IMG/VR virus record: IMGVR_UViG_3300028802_000020
Coordinates: 1 to 53,698 of that record
Reading direction: 5' to 3' (one strand)
Origin: a virus
Taxonomy: Duplodnaviria; Caudoviricetes
DNA: 53,698 nt
Shown: piece by piece, positions 53,237-53,698 of the stretch
Numbering within the stretch: the stretch's first letter is position 1
Layout of the letters: each line of letters starts with the position of its first letter
The notes under the pieces: model-generated
What the model was told of the DNA's origin: nothing
What the model saw: the letters and a program-made list of their open reading frames with translations, nothing else
Database searches by the model: none
Position numbers and translations under genes: made by a program

Positions 53237-53412
53237 TCGAGCCGGTAGACGAGGACGAACGCGCTCAGCTTCTCGCCGAGTTGTTGATCGAACGGTTCGG
53301 TCCCCGCCCGTGGCGTCACGGTCAGGACGAACCCCCTCGGGTGCTGGCTGAGCGCAGGCGGGTGTTGGTGGGGATCGACAAGGTCAAGAACGCACCGAAG
53401 AAGAGGGGGTAG
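53233..53412 (+). CDS. hypothetical protein
   Basis: GTGA-coupled. Confidence 0.5.
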   Translation: MIEPVDEDERAQLLAELLIERFGPRPWRHGQDEPPRVLAERRRVLVGIDKVKNAPKKRG

Positions 53413-53415
53413 CAG

Positions 53416-53698
53416 ATGTCAGTCAGCAAGCGGATGCGCTTCGAGGTGCTCCGGCGCGACAACCACACCTGCCGGTACTGCGGCCGGTCGGCACCTCAGG
53501 TGAAGCTCACCATCGACCATGTCATCCCGGAGGCTCTGGGCGGTCAGGACGTGCCGGAGAACCTGGTCGCGGCATGCGAGGACTGCAACAGCGGCAAGAC
53601 GTCGATCGCGCCCGGTTCTCCGCTGGTAGACGACGTGCGCCAGGAGGCGGTGCGCTGGACTGCCGCGCTCCGGGAGGCCGCCCGGCTCCGCCGGGCCG
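53416..53698 (+). CDS. HNH-domain protein (truncated by the window edge)
   Basis: RFEVLRRDNHTCRYCG..IDHVIP..GG.D..NLVAAC.DCN.GK. Confidence 0.85.
   Translation, partial: MSVSKRMRFEVLRRDNHTCRYCGRSAPQVKLTIDHVIPEALGGQDVPENLVAACEDCNSGKTSIAPGSPLVDDVRQEAVRWTAALREAARLRRA

Larger units (their letters stand above)
1..53698. mobile_element. temperate actinobacteriophage/prophage (partial genome)
   Basis: complete morphogenesis, lysis and lysogeny modules; no host genes seen. Confidence 0.95.

Overview
High-GC temperate actinobacteriophage or prophage with a siphovirus-like gene order; an actinomycete host is inferred from composition and gene content. The window runs from the terminase genes through head, tail, lysis, an accessory island, a tyrosine integrase/repressor/Cro switch and a long rightward early operon that is cut off at the right edge. 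The most unusual element is the head module. A Mu gp29-like portal domain is fused in one 1556-aa ORF to repeated 'header' modules, an atypical kinase-like domain and a C-terminal ADP-ribosyltransferase-like domain. It is followed by a coupled 54-aa ORF and a multidomain Mu-like prohead protease that carries the same linker and targeting-like motifs. This suggests a protease-processed, virion-packaged effector polyprotein. Other notable signals are a nine-hairpin array inside an early CDS, several hairpin/pseudoknot-like 5' leaders, a degenerate tRNA-like element next to an antisense HNH gene, and an apparently split baseplate-hub gene. All family calls come from motif recognition by eye; no database searches or folding programs were run.
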